Origin: Azolla caroliniana
Lineage: Eukaryota > Plantae > Polypodiophyta
Assembly: GCA_043228905.1 (NCBI GenBank)
Contig: JBHGNT010000004.1
Coordinates: 22,382,001 to 22,446,000 of the forward strand
DNA length: 64,000 nucleotides
Direction of reading: 5' to 3'
Shown piece by piece: positions 1 to 12,600 of the stretch. The notes beneath the pieces were generated by a model. It made no database searches. It worked only from the letters and a program-made list of their open reading frames with translations, and was not told the origin of the DNA. Each line of letters starts with the position of its first letter. The stretch's first letter is position 1. The position numbers were made by a program, and so were the translations under genes.

Positions 1-1865
1 CACCCAATAGTTCTAGGTCTCCCTTGGTTTGAACTCCATAACCCAAAGATTGATTGGATGAAAAGAACAAAGAACAAAGCTCGCATCCCTTGAATGTCCG
101 ACATGTGATACTAGATCCCCCTATGTTATCGACCATCTCTCTACGTCAGTTGTGTGAGGAAGGGGGGAACGAGGCCATGTTCATCTTCGCAATAGTAGCA
201 ACTCCATCACCCACTTTACATGAAGCGGACATTAAACTACCAAAGAAATACAAAGAGTGCTTAGACGTCTTTGATAAGGTAAAGGCCAATACATTGCCGG
301 AGCATCAGTCATATGACTGCCCTATTGTCTTACAACCATGGAAAGAACCTCCATGGGGCCCAATTTATAATCTCTCCCCTGTAGAGCTACAGATTTTGCG
401 GGAATATATCGATAAGAATCTGTCAAACGGATTCATTTGGCACTCTAGATCCCCAGCTGGTGCACCTATCTTCTTCGTTAAGAAAAAGAATGGGACTCTT
501 CATTTGGTCGTGGATTATCGAGGCCTAAACAAAGTGACTACTCGGAATAGATATGCTCTAACGTTAATCCCGAATCTTTTGGAACGTCTCAGTGGACCAA
601 AATATTTCACGAAGTTGGACCTTTGCGGTGCATATAATCTAGTTCGGATTCATTCGGGGGATAAATGGAAGACTGCTTTTCGCACTCACTATGGACATTT
701 CGAGTATACTGTGATGCCATTCGGTCTCATGAATGTACCTGCAGTTTTCCAACACATGGCAAATGATATTTTTCGAGATTTTCTCGATATCTTCACTATA
801 GTTTACCTAGATGACATCTTAATCTACTCGAAGGCCCAATAGGAGCATGATGAACATGTTCGTCAGGTACTACGTCGACTACAAGAATATGGTCTCTATG
901 CAAAATTAGAAAAGTGTAGTTTCGGCCAGAATCAAGTGGAATTTTTGGGGTATGTTGTATCATAAGATGGTATTGCTATGGACCCCATGAAGGTGCAAGC
1001 AATTTTAGAGTGGCAGACGCCCTTATCAGTGCGCGATGTACAATGTTTTCTCGGGTTTGCAAATTTTTATCAAAAATTTATGAAAGGTTATTTCAAGGTT
1101 GTGCTTCCGCTCACTCAACTCACACACAAAAAACTCAGCCATTCATATGGAGTTCAGATGCAGCTGAAGCATTTGAAAGCTCAAAACAAGCATTTACAAC
1201 AACACCTATTTTAGCACATGTCGACCCAACAAAATGCTTCATCGTTGAAGCTTATGCATCCGACTTTGCACTAGGGAATGTCCTATCCCAGTTTGGAGAT
1301 GATGGACATCTACACCCTGTCACCTTTCATCCCCAAAAGTTTGAACCTGCAGAGATCAACTATGAGATCCATGACGAAGAACTTCTTGCAATTGTGGATT
1401 CTTTTCAACAATGGCGATATTTTCTGGAAGGTTCTTCTCATCAGATAATTGTTTACAACGATCATAAGAACCTAACATATTTCCAAAATGCTCGAGTCTT
1501 GAGTTGCCCACAAGCCCGATGGGTGCAATTTTTGACTCACGAGACTAATGGCCAAACTGAGCGTACCAACTAGACTTTGGAGCAATATCTTCGTTGTTTC
1601 ATCAACTACCAACAAGATGATTGGGTTGATTTTTTGCACTTGGCTGAATTCGTTTACAACAACTCAGTCCATTCTTCTACAGGATATTCTCCATTCTTTC
1701 GCAAATATGGGTTGTCATCCTCGGTGGGCAATGAATGCGCATCCAGGCGTTCCTACCAACCCTGTTGTTGAGGATTATCTTAGTCGCCTCCAAGAAATTC
1801 ACGCTACCATTCGTCACAATTTGCATGATGCTCAAGTTACACACAAGCAGCTTGCGGATCGTCAT
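1..1865 (+). mobile_element. Degenerate Ty3/gypsy chromovirus (Tcn1-like), left part of host copy: protease end, RT, RNase H, partial integrase
   Basis: ORFs 54-842 (PWGPIY, YRGLN, MPFGL, YLDD) and 1010-1573 (RNase H) are near-identical to the element at 1866-7645. It has stops and frameshifts. At 1540/1541 it jumps from the RNase H end to late integrase, an 876-bp deletion relative to the inner copy (5476-6351). Confidence 0.92.
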
Positions 1866-2343
1866 TGTCATGATAACACTCACATCATGCATCGAAAGGA
1901 TGATGACACTCACATTATGACTCGAAAAGATTTGAACCCACGACCTTGTTGTACACATGTCAAATCCTTAACCATTGTATTAATATTCTTATATGTATAG
2001 TCTCTAGAATATGAAATCTAATATCATAGGAATATTCTATATTACTCTACATTCTAGAATGACCTAGAATATTCTAGAGTGTTCTATACCACTAGAACCT
2101 TCTAGAATACTCTAGAGATCTTCTAGATTACTCTACATTCTAGGATAACCTAGAATATTCTAGAGTGTTCTCTATTACTTATAAATAGGGATCTACCACC
2201 CATCCCAAACCTAAATTGGTTCAACGCCATTTTGTAGCCTACTCTTTGTAATCCATTTTACGCTTCAATACAATAATTCTCTTCAATTATCTCTCTATCT
2301 CTTTTTCTCTCTTTTTCTCTCTTTCTCTCTCTCAGTCTTGACA
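1866..2343 (+). repeat. 5' LTR of nested chromovirus
   Basis: Direct repeat of 7179-7645 with a handful of substitutions and short indels. TATAAATA at 2180-2187. TCTAGA-rich U3 sub-repeats and a 30-bp tandem duplication at the start. Confidence 0.97.
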
Positions 2344-2431
2344 GTTTGAACCAATTTTTTTCCTTTCATCTCTTCGTCTTCCACAAATCCTAACAAGTTC
2401 TCTTCTTCCTTCTCCTCTCCTCTCGTAAGCT

Positions 2432-3556
2432 ATGGAGTCCGTGAGCAAACAAGAATACATGCGTGTTCTTTCTGAGCTCAACATGCTCACGAATAAATTT
2501 GTGGCATTAGAGCATGAGAATCAAAGGCTACTTGGAGATCTACAACACGTGAGCGCCGAAAAAGCTCAACAATATGAAGAGTTATCACAACGGGTTCATC
2601 AACTCGAGGCGACTATATTGTCATTACGTGAGCAAGCGTCGGGGGCTCAGAACTCCCCTAGAGAGCCAAAGATCAGCCTCCCTGCCAAGTTTGATGGTAC
2701 GAGATCTTTATTTCGAGGCTTTTTGAATCAAGTTCATCTAGTTATTCAGCTACATCCCAATCGGTATCCAACTGATGCTGCTCGTGTGGGATTAGTGGGA
2801 ACTTTGCTATGTGGTACGGCGTTAGCATGGTTCGCACCACTTCTCGAGAACAAATCACCATTGCTGGAGGATTTCGAGGCATTTGTTAAAGAGTTTCAAG
2901 CTAGTTTCGGAGACACCGACAGCACTAGGACAGCAATAAACAAGATTCGAAGGCTCCGACAAGGAGATCGTCCCGCGTCGTCTTATGCAACCGATTTCCG
3001 TCTCTTGGCATGCGATATCCCTTGGGATGAGGCAGCTTTAATGGATCAATTCCGTCAAGGTTTGAGAAACGATGTCAAAGATCTTCTTCTTACTTTCCCT
3101 GAAGATCCGCAGTCACTTACAGAAGCTATTAGTCGAGCTGTGCGATGTGATAATCGCCTATTTGAGCGACGTTCTGAGCGCCAACAAATGTTACGCCGCC
3201 AACCTGAGCAGACTTACGCTTCCGTAGTCGCAACGCCTCCACAAGTTTCTAGACCCATTACAAGGGATGGCCCCACTCCGATGGAAATAGAGTCAACACA
3301 ACGTCGTGGGCCGTTATCAGATTCTGAGAAGCAACGACGTCGAGCGCATCGCCTCTACCTGTATTGTGGTGGTCCAGGACATATAGCTGTAAATTGTCCA
3401 CATAAACCTAGGCGTCAAGTATACCAAGTAAGTGCCCATGAAAACCCTACATCGAGTTCTATTGTTACTTCTAATAACATAAATAAGCCTCATAGTCCAT
3501 GCCATGAGAATAGATTCGATGTCTTGAGTCAATTAGAGGATGTGTTAAACGAGTAA
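2432..3556 (+). CDS. Gag (retrotransposon gag domain; degenerate zinc knuckle [14 protein letters not shown])
   Basis: 374-aa ORF with PAKFDG, GTALAWF, LRQG and PTPMEI motifs typical of Tf1/sushi/Tcn1-type Gag. Confidence 0.92.
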   Translation: MESVSKQEYMRVLSELNMLTNKFVALEHENQRLLGDLQHVSAEKAQQYEELSQRVHQLEATILSLREQASGAQNSPREPKISLPAKFDGTRSLFRGFLNQVHLVIQLHPNRYPTDAARVGLVGTLLCGTALAWFAPLLENKSPLLEDFEAFVKEFQASFGDTDSTRTAINKIRRLRQGDRPASSYATDFRLLACDIPWDEAALMDQFRQGLRNDVKDLLLTFPEDPQSLTEAISRAVRCDNRLFERRSERQQMLRRQPEQTYASVVATPPQVSRPITRDGPTPMEIESTQRRGPLSDSEKQRRRAHRLYLYCGGPGHIAVNCPHKPRRQVYQVSAHENPTSSSIVTSNNINKPHSPCHENRFDVLSQLEDVLNE

Positions 3557-6500
3557 GTCCGGCCAAAATAGGAGCCATTTGGCTGGACCATCCTAGCTAT
3601 GTAGAGTTAGTTCCTAGTCGTGGTTCCATTTCATCAAATCAAGTGAGTCTAATTTTTTCAGCACAAGTCGAGCTTACCACATCTACATGTCATCAAGTCC
3701 TAGCCTCTACCCTTCTAGATTCTGGAGCCAACTCTTGTTTCATGGATCGTGAATTTTCCTTGTCACAAAACATCCTCTTGAATAAGTTTCCCAGCCCAGT
3801 AGCCGTAGGAGTCATTGATGGACGTCCCATAGCATCAGGAGATATAGTCGAGGAGTCTGAGCCAATTAGGATAGTTCTTGGCAATTTGGCAAGCATAATC
3901 TCTTTCAACATTATTCGTAGTCCGGAACACCCAATAGTTCTAGGTCTCCCCTGGTTTGAACTCCATAACCCGAAGATTGATTGGATGAAAAGAACAATTG
4001 AGGAGACCCGGGAAAAAAGCACAAACCCTGCATCCCTCTCTCCTACATGTGATAATAGATCCCCGAAGTTATCGCCCATCTCTTTACGACAGTTGCGAGA
4101 GGAAGGGGGGAATGAGGCCATGTTCGTCTTCGCAATAATAGCAACTCCATCATCCACTTCACATGAGGCGGATATTAAACTTCCAAAGAAATACAAGGAG
4201 TTTTCAGATGTCTTTGATAAGGTGAAGGCCAATACATTGCCGGAGCATTGGCCATACGACTGCCCTATTGACTTACAACCAGGGAAAGAACCTCCATGGG
4301 GCCCAATTTATAATCTCTCCCCTGTAGAGCTAGAAACTTTGCGGGAATATATTGATGAGAATCTGGCAAATAGATTCATTCGGCATTCTAGATCCCCTAC
4401 TAGTGCACCTATCTTCTTCGTTAAGAAGAAGAATGGGACTCTTCGATTGGTCGTGGATTATCGAGGGCTAAACAAAGTGACTATTCGAGATATGATCTAC
4501 CATTAATCCCGAATCTTTTGGAACGTCTCAGTGGTGCAAAATATTTCACGAAGTTGGACCTTCGCGGAGCATATAATCTAGTTCGGATTCGCCCGGGGGA
4601 TGAATGGAAGACAGCTTTCCGCACTCGCTATGGACATTTTGAGTATACAGTGATGTCATTCGGTCTCAGAATGCACCTGCTATTTTCCAACATATGGCGA
4701 ACGATATTTTTCGAGATTTTCTTGATATCTTCACTATAGTTTACCTAGATGATATTTTAATCTACTCAAAGACCCAAGAGGAGCATGATGAACATGTTCG
4801 TCAGGTACTACGTCGACTCCGAGAATATGGTCTCTACGCAAAATTAGAAAAGTGTAATTTCGGCCAGAATCAAGTGGAATTTTTGGGGTATGTTGTATCG
4901 TCAAATGGTATTGCTATGGACCCCATGAAGGTACAAGCAATTTTAGAGTGGCAAACGCCCCTTTCAGTGCGTGATGTGCAATGTTTTCTCGGGTTTGCAA
5001 ATTTTTATCGAAAATTTATTAAAGATTATTCCAAGGTTGTGCTTTCGCTTACTCAGCTCACACATAAAGATCGACCATTTATATGGAGTTCAGATGCAGC
5101 GAGGCATTTGAAAGCTTAAAACGAGCATTTACAACGGCACCTATCTTAGCACATGTCGACCCAACAAAACGCTTCATCCTCGAAGCTGATGCATCCGATT
5201 TTGCACTAGGGAGTGTCCTCTCGCAGACTGGAGATGATGGACAACTACACCCTGTCGCCTTTCATTCACGAAAGTTTGAAGCTGCAGAGATCAACTATGA
5301 GATCCATGACAAAGAGCTTCTTGCAATCGTGGATTCGTTTCAACAATGGCGACATTTCCTAGAAGGTTCTTCTCAGCAGATCATTGTCTACAATGATCAT
5401 AAGAACCTGACTTATTTCCAAAATGCTCGAGTCTTGAGTCGGCGACAAGCCCGGTGGGCGCAATTTTTGACTCACTTCGATTTTATCATCATATATCGCC
5501 CTGGGATGCAGCAAGGCAAAGCAGATGCTCTTTCTCGGCGCTCTTATATGGAACTTCGTCTAGGGGAACCTGCATTTGAGCATCAAAAACAAATCCTTTT
5601 GGGTCCTAATCGATTACGATTAATGGTAGTTAACGCCATAACAACTCTTGAAAATTCCACTCTTCTTGATTCCATTCAAGATCATATGGCCACTGATGAT
5701 TTCGCCAAGGATGTTTTGGATCATATTGTCCCGGATCGTGCTTCTTGCTCATGGTCGAAAAATCCTCGTAATGACTATTGTCAGTTCTATTGGCATGGTG
5801 GTTTTCTATTTCGACAAAATTTATTGTATGTTCCTGATGGTCCCCCACGGCTACAAGTTTTGCAACATTGCCATGACTCACCAATGGCTGGTCATTTTGG
5901 AGTTCACAAAACTCTAGAATTAATTTCTCGACGCTATTGGTGGCCTCGCCTTCGTCATTTTGTTGAGGATTATGTTCGGAGTTGTGATATATGTTGTCGA
6001 TCAAAGAATCCTCGTCACCGACCCTATGGCTTACTACAAACACTTCCCATTCCGGAAACTCCTTGGAAGTCTATATCCTTGGACTTCATTACTGATCTCC
6101 CAGTTTCAAAAGGTTTTGATGCAATTCTCACAGTGGTTGATCGATTTACCAAAATGGCACATTTCTTGCCATGTACAAAGTCGATTACTAGTCAAGAGGC
6201 GGCTGATCTCGTTATGCGGGAGGTATTTAAGCATCATGGTCTGCCGGATGATATTATTAGTGATCGTGGTCCACAATTCATCTCAAAGTTTTGGAAGCAC
6301 ATGTTCAAACTTCTTCACATTTCAGTTAAGCTTTCTTCGGGCTATCATCCTGAAACAAATGGCCAAACAGAGCGTACCAACCAGACATTGGAACAATATC
6401 TTCGTTGTTTCATCAACTATCAACAAGATGATTGGGTTGCTTTTTTGCACTTGGCGGAATTCGCTTACAACAACTCAGCCCATTCTTCTACAGGATATTC

Positions 6501-7140
6501 CCCATTTTTCGCAAATACGGGTTGTCATCCTCGGTGGACGATGAATGCGCATCCAGAAGTTCCTACCAACCCTGCTGCCAAGGATTGTCTTAGTCGCCTC
6601 CAAGAAATTCAAGCTAACATTCTCCACAATTTGCACGATGCTCAATTTACACACAAGAGGCTTGTCGATCGTCATCGTCTAGACTCCTCAAAAAAGTTCC
6701 GCATTGGGGATTATGTATGGCTTCTCCAACACAACATCAAGACCACTCAACCTTGCAGTAAATTGAATCACCAACGTTTTGGCCCTTACATGATCACTGG
6801 TAAGATAAGTGATGTTGCATTTCGTCTTGACCTCCCTCCACACATGCATCTTCATCCGGTGTTTCATGTATCCCTTTTGGAACCTTATACTACAAGTTCA
6901 ATTCCGGGCCGACTTACGACACCCCCACCACCTGTCAAGTTCTTGGACGGGCCTGAATTTGAAGTTGTTGCCATTCTCGATTCTAAAATCATGCGCAACA
7001 AGTTGTATTACTTAGTCGATTGGCTAGGTTATACCCCCAATGATCGAACTTAGGAACCTGCCGCAAATCTTTCCAATGTTGGAACTCGTCAATGCATTTC
7101 ATCGCCAATATCCTTGTAAACCAGGTCCTAATACAAACCC
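3544..7140 (+). pseudogene. Pol (PR-RT-RNase H-integrase-chromodomain), disrupted
   Basis: LLDSGA protease, YLDD RT, ADASDFA RNase H, HHCC zinc finger and DDE integrase, then chromodomain FEVVAILDS..YLVDWLGY..RT*EP. Frameshifts near 4490, 4670 and 5100, and a Trp-to-TAG stop at 7051. Pol is in the -1 frame relative to gag. Confidence 0.93.
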
Positions 7141-7178
7141 TACGACCCGTGAGACGTGTCGTCGAAGAAGGGGGATAG

Positions 7179-7645
7179 TGTCATGATAACACTCACATCA
7201 TGCATCGAAAGGATGATGACACTCACATTATGACTCGAAAGGATTTGAACCCACGACCTTGTTGTACACATGTCAAATCCTTAACCATTGTATTAATATT
7301 CTTATATGTATAGTCTCTAGAATATGAAATCTAATATCATAGGAATATTCTATATTACTCTACATTCTAGAATGACCTAGAATATTCTAGAGTGTTCTAT
7401 ACCACTAGAACCTTCTAGAATACTCTAGAGATCTTCTAGATTACTCTACATTCTAGGATAACCTAGAATATTTAAAGTGTTCTCTATTACTTATAAATAG
7501 GGATCTACCACCCATCCCAAACCTAAATTGGTTCAACGCCATTTTGTTGCCTACTCTTTGTAATCCATTTTACGCTTCAATACAATAATTCTCTTCAATT
7601 ATCTCTCTATCACTTTTTCTCTCTTTCTCTCTCTCAGTCTTGATA
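7179..7645 (+). repeat. 3' LTR of nested chromovirus
   Basis: Follows the PPT, repeats 1866-2343, and is followed by TSD GTCAT. Confidence 0.97.
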
Positions 7646-8247
7646 GTCATCGCCTAGACTCCTCCAAAACTTTCCGTGTTGGGGATATTGTATGGCTTCT
7701 CCAACACACCATCAAGACAACTCGGCCTTGTAGTAAATTGGATTACCAACGTTTTGGCCCTTACATAATCACTGGTAAGGTAAGTGATGTTGCGTTTCGT
7801 CTTGGCCTCCCTCCGCATATGCATCTTCATCCGGCGTTTCATGTGTCCCTTTTTGGAACCTTACACAACAAGTTCAATTCTGGGCCATCTTACAATACCC
7901 CCACCACCCGTTGAGTTCTTGGAAGGACCCGAATTTGAGGTTGTTGCCATTCTCGATTCTAAAATCATGCAAAACAAGTTGTATTACTTGGTTGATTGGT
8001 TAGGCTATATCCCCAATGATCGAACTTGGGAACCTACAACAAAACTTTCCAATGCCGCGAACATGGTCACCGCATTTCATTGCCAATATCCTCGTAAACC
8101 AAGTCCTAGTACAAACCCTACGACTCATGAGACGTGTCATCAAAGAAGGGAGATAGAGTCATGATGACACTCACATTATGCCTCGACAAGATTTGAACCT
8201 TCGACCTTGTTATACACATCTTGAATCCTTACCCATTGTAATAATAT
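7646..8247 (+). mobile_element. Right part of host chromovirus: integrase C-terminus, chromodomain, PPT and truncated 3' LTR (8157 to about 8247)
   Basis: Resumes exactly where 1865 stopped (matches inner copy 6671 onward). ORF 7784-8164 carries an intact chromodomain ending TWEP. PPT about 8142-8156. LTR similarity stops at about 8247. Confidence 0.92.
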
Positions 8248-8311
8248 GTAGGCATTGAGAGCTTATGAGAGTCACTATAATGCAAAAAGATTGCATATGC
8301 ATTATAGAGAC

Positions 8312-8403
8312 GATACCCTCTTCCATGTGAATACAATCACATACAAGTGAATTGGAAATACCCTCTTCCATGTGAATACAAGCACATACAAGAGAATTGG
8401 AAA
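8312..8403. repeat. Two-copy tandem repeat of about 45 bp
   Basis: ATACCCTCTTCCATGTGAATACAA(T/G)CACATACAAG(T/A)GAATTGGAA twice. Confidence 0.8.
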
Positions 8404-9679
8404 TGAGGAAAATCCTCACAAGAGTTTGGTAGCTTTGGAGAAAGGTTTTGCCATAGATTTATCCTCATCTATTTTTCTTTATTAGATTTCCTCAACTATG
8501 CCTTGTTAGATAGGCTCATTGCAAAACCTAGGCGCCCATTTGTAATATATATTATACTCTTTGCAACTTACAAAGTAAGAGGTTTAACAATACATATTTG
8601 CACCCCCACTTTATTCTCTTCCTCATGTCCACAACATTTCAACCTCCAATTCCCAAATTCATGGTGCTATTGCATATAAAAGAACATGTGCTCAACAACC
8701 TCGTCATATTAATTTTATATTCCCAAGATTTCTTGTTTGCCATCAAGATTGCATTACTTTGAGCTTCAACATTGTCAAGCCAAAAGATAACTTTCAAAAC
8801 TGTTTACCCAGCAAAACCTCGTTAGGTGTGTAAAAGCAGCCATCTAGTTCATATAAAAGGTTACTAGCTGCCTATCAATATTAAATCTCTTCGAGCTTCC
8901 ACATTCTCAAGCTTAAACCTTACTTCACAACTGTTCACCCAGGAATTCTCATTGGACGTGACGGTGTGTCGACTTATCCGTACCATATCTAACTTCCACT
9001 CAACAAATTTTAAACTACTGCAGTTTGCAGACTTTATGTTTTTGAAAGTAGGAACTACAGCATCAAGGAATTTAAAGACTTTGTTTATGATCTTCAGTGG
9101 CAAGGCTGAATTCAGATGGATTTATGATTAGGGCTTACTTTCAATAGAAGCTCAGATTGTTTATAAGAACTCACTAACCTAAATTCATGGAACACATTCA
9201 TTTATTTCTAGCTCATACAAACGAAAAGTTTGCTGGTGAGAATATCTGGCCACTAAAAAACTGTCCTTTCAGCAGGTTGAGGCAGTGACAAAAGACACAT
9301 TAAAATTCCTGAGCGATCATGCTATGCTCTTACCATATTTCATAAAAAAGCTTGTAGTTGTACAAATATATTTCGGTGTCAAAATTTATTTCGATTGAAG
9401 GATTGAGGGAGAGATCGCCTTGCTGCTAGAATGCGGATAGAAACAAATTCCCTCCAAAGGTAGCTTGCTATCAAAAAACTGAATTAACAGATGAGCTCAT
9501 CAACGATATATATATAGAAGATGCTCTGACCTTTTAATGACAACACTACTACTCCATGTTCTTCAACTACAAAACACAAAGGCATGGAAAATGTAAAGTT
9601 GAGAAAGGTCTGTTTAAGATTTAGCTGTTCTGGCCTATTATCTTTTAAGAACTTGAGTCCAACCTGCATGATGCTAGTT

Positions 9680-12600
9680 TCAATTGTTTATCTTGAAGAA
9701 TTCTTGCAGCGAAAGCATGTCTATTGGGCTTCTTTTCAAACCTTTGATTGCTTCAAGAGTTGCAGATGCCCCTGCAACTGTTGTTATTATTGGAACTTTG
9801 TATGCAAGGGCTGTACGCCTGATGTGGCGCCCATCCTTTTGATCAAGCGCATCACCAGAGCTTGTTATGACAACAAGTTGAATGTGGCCATTGGCCAGGA
9901 CATCCCCTACATGTGGGCGACCTTCATGAACCTTGAGCACCTGTTTTACTGCCACACCATGTGATTCCAGCAACTCGGCAGTACCTGAAGTGGCAAGTAT
10001 GCTGAAACCAAGCTCTACGAATTCTTTAGCAATGGGCACAACCTTTGGCTTTGTGGCATCATTCATGCTGATAAAGACAGTCCCAGTGAGCGGCATCTTT
10101 TGGTTTGCCGCAATTTGTGCCTTTGCAAATGCCATCGCAAATCCATAGTCAATCCCCATGACTTCCCCCGTGCTACGCATTTCTGGTCCAAGTAGAATAT
10201 CACAACCTTGAAATTTATCAAAAGGAAGAACTGCTTCCTTTACCGAGACGTGGTGTGGGATAACTTCCTCAGTGAAGCCAATATCATGAACAGATAAACC
10301 AGACATGAGAAGCGCTGCATACTTGGCCAAAGGTCTGCCAATAGCTTTTGAGACAAACGGAACTGTTCTGGAGGCCCTTGGATTTGCTTCTAGAATATAC
10401 ACTTCATCTGCTGGTGTGATGGCATATTGACAGTTCATTAAGCCATGCACCTTAAGCCTCTTTGCTAGATCTGATGTCCACTTCCGAATAACTGATAGTG
10501 CATGCTCACTGACGGACTTCGTCGGAATACAGCATGCAGAATCGCCCGAGTGGACACCTGCCTGCTCAATGTGTTCCATGATACCTCCAATCACCACATT
10601 CCCATCAGCATCAGTCAGAGAATCTACATCAATCTCAACAGCATCAGTCAGGTACCTGTCAACAAGAACAGGCCTCTCTGGATCCACCTCCACTGCTGTT
10701 TCAAGGTAAGCTTTCAATCTATCAGCAGAATAGACTATCTCCATGGCTCGTCCACCTAAAACATAAGATGGACGAACCACCACAGGAAATCCAACTCTCT
10801 CAGCTATCACAAGGGCATCTTCTTCGCTCCTTGCAATGCCACCAGGAGGCTGCTTGATCCCAAGTTCATCAAGCATTGAGTTGAATCGCTTCCTATCTTC
10901 AGCAGCATCAATTGAATCTGGGGATGTACCCCATATCTTAACAAAGCCATTTCCACTCGCAGTCTTGGGTTTGAATTCATCAAGATAGTTCTGTATTGGC
11001 ACTGCTAATTTCAAGGGAGTCTGACCTCCAAACTGCATTATGATTCCATCTGGTTTCTCTAAATCGATTACATTCAACACATCCTCGACAGTTAGAGGCT
11101 CAAAATAGAGCCTATCACTAGTATCATAATCTGTGGAGACAGTTTCTGGATTGGAATTCATCATAATTGTCTCAAATCCAGCATCCTTATATCATTTAGA
11201 AAAGATAATTTGATCAGTTAGTCTTATATAAATTTTCTGCATGAACATACTTAACAAGCACAATATGTTACCTGGAGAGCAAAGCATGCATGACAGCAGC
11301 AATAATCAAACTCAATGCCCTGCCCTATACGATTCGGACCACCACCCAAAATGAGCACTTTCTTCTTGTTGTTTGGAGAAGCTTCACATTCTTCCTCATA
11401 GGAAGAGTACATGTATGGTGTGTGCGCTTCAAATTCTGCTGCACAGGTATCCACTCGCTTGAATGTGGGAACAATGCCGAGACTTATGCGATGGGCCCGA
11501 ACATCTTTCTCTGTGGAAGCCGTAGAATAAGCTATTTGCCTATCACTGAATCCTCTTCTCTTTACTTCATACAGATCTTCTTTAGTAAGTTGATTGAGAG
11601 TAGTTTCACTAAGAAACTTTTCTACTTCTAGCAGCTCGCCTAATTGTGAAAGAAACCATGGATCAATAAAGGTAAGTTCATAAAGCTCATGTTCCGACAT
11701 TCCCCTCTTGAGGGCAGCATATAATGCAGTCATTCGATCTGGATTTGGTACACGTAAATTGTACTTGAGCTTTTCCCAGTCCCAGTCTAGCTCTTTAACC
11801 TTTTCACAGCCCCAACCATAATGACCAGTCTCCAATGACCTGAGAGCTTTTTGAAACGATTCCTGAAACGTCCTACCCATAGCCATAGCCTCCCCGACAG
11901 ATTTCATCTGTGTTGTCAACACTGGTTGAGAACCAGGAAATTTCTCGAAAGCAAAACGTGGAATCTGCATTTGAAAAAATAAACTTTGACAAATTATTCA
12001 TAATAAGCAGAATTGAGGACAGCAAACAGGGACAGAATCTGCATGTGTGAAAACGAATTGTAGACTGACCAGTGACCTTGATTTTAAAATCTCACATGCA
12101 GTAATTAGTAGAAGCTCAACAAAATATTAACAATAACGAGAATTGAGGACAGAAAAGAAAGGATGGTGGTGTTCTCTGTCTATAATGGTATGATTGAAAA
12201 TGCCCTAAAGTATTTGGCAAATAAACATGGAATATGGTATATAGTGCACAATGGCATACAACTCAAGCACGAGGCATCAGAAAATGTAAATGGTATCTAT
12301 AAGTTATAAAATCAGGAAAACCAACAGTTTAGAAGTTAAACAATTTCCTTCGTTTCTTTTCTTTACTCTTCTTTTCTTGAGGGACAAAAAGCCAAGACAG
12401 CTTCAGAGAAAACTTTGTTACAGAGCCGAGAATAGCTTTAGAAGGCTCCATCAGGCACCACAGAGGGTTGGCTTGAAAAGTATCACAAGAACTTAATGAG
12501 TCAAAAGCCTCTGTATCCTTTACCCTTTTAAAATCAATTATTTGATAAACACTCAATCAATTTCATCCAAAGGCAATTTGGTGGGACAGTTGGTGATTGT

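Larger units (their letters stand above)
1866..7645 (+). mobile_element. Full-length Ty3/gypsy chromovirus (Tcn1-like) LTR retrotransposon nested in a same-family copy
   Basis: LTRs at 1866-2343 (TG...CA) and 7179-7645 (TG...TA). 5-bp TSD GTCAT at 1861-1865 and 7646-7650. PPT GAAGAAGGGGGATAG at 7164-7178. Domain order gag-PR-RT-RH-INT-chromodomain. Confidence 0.97.
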
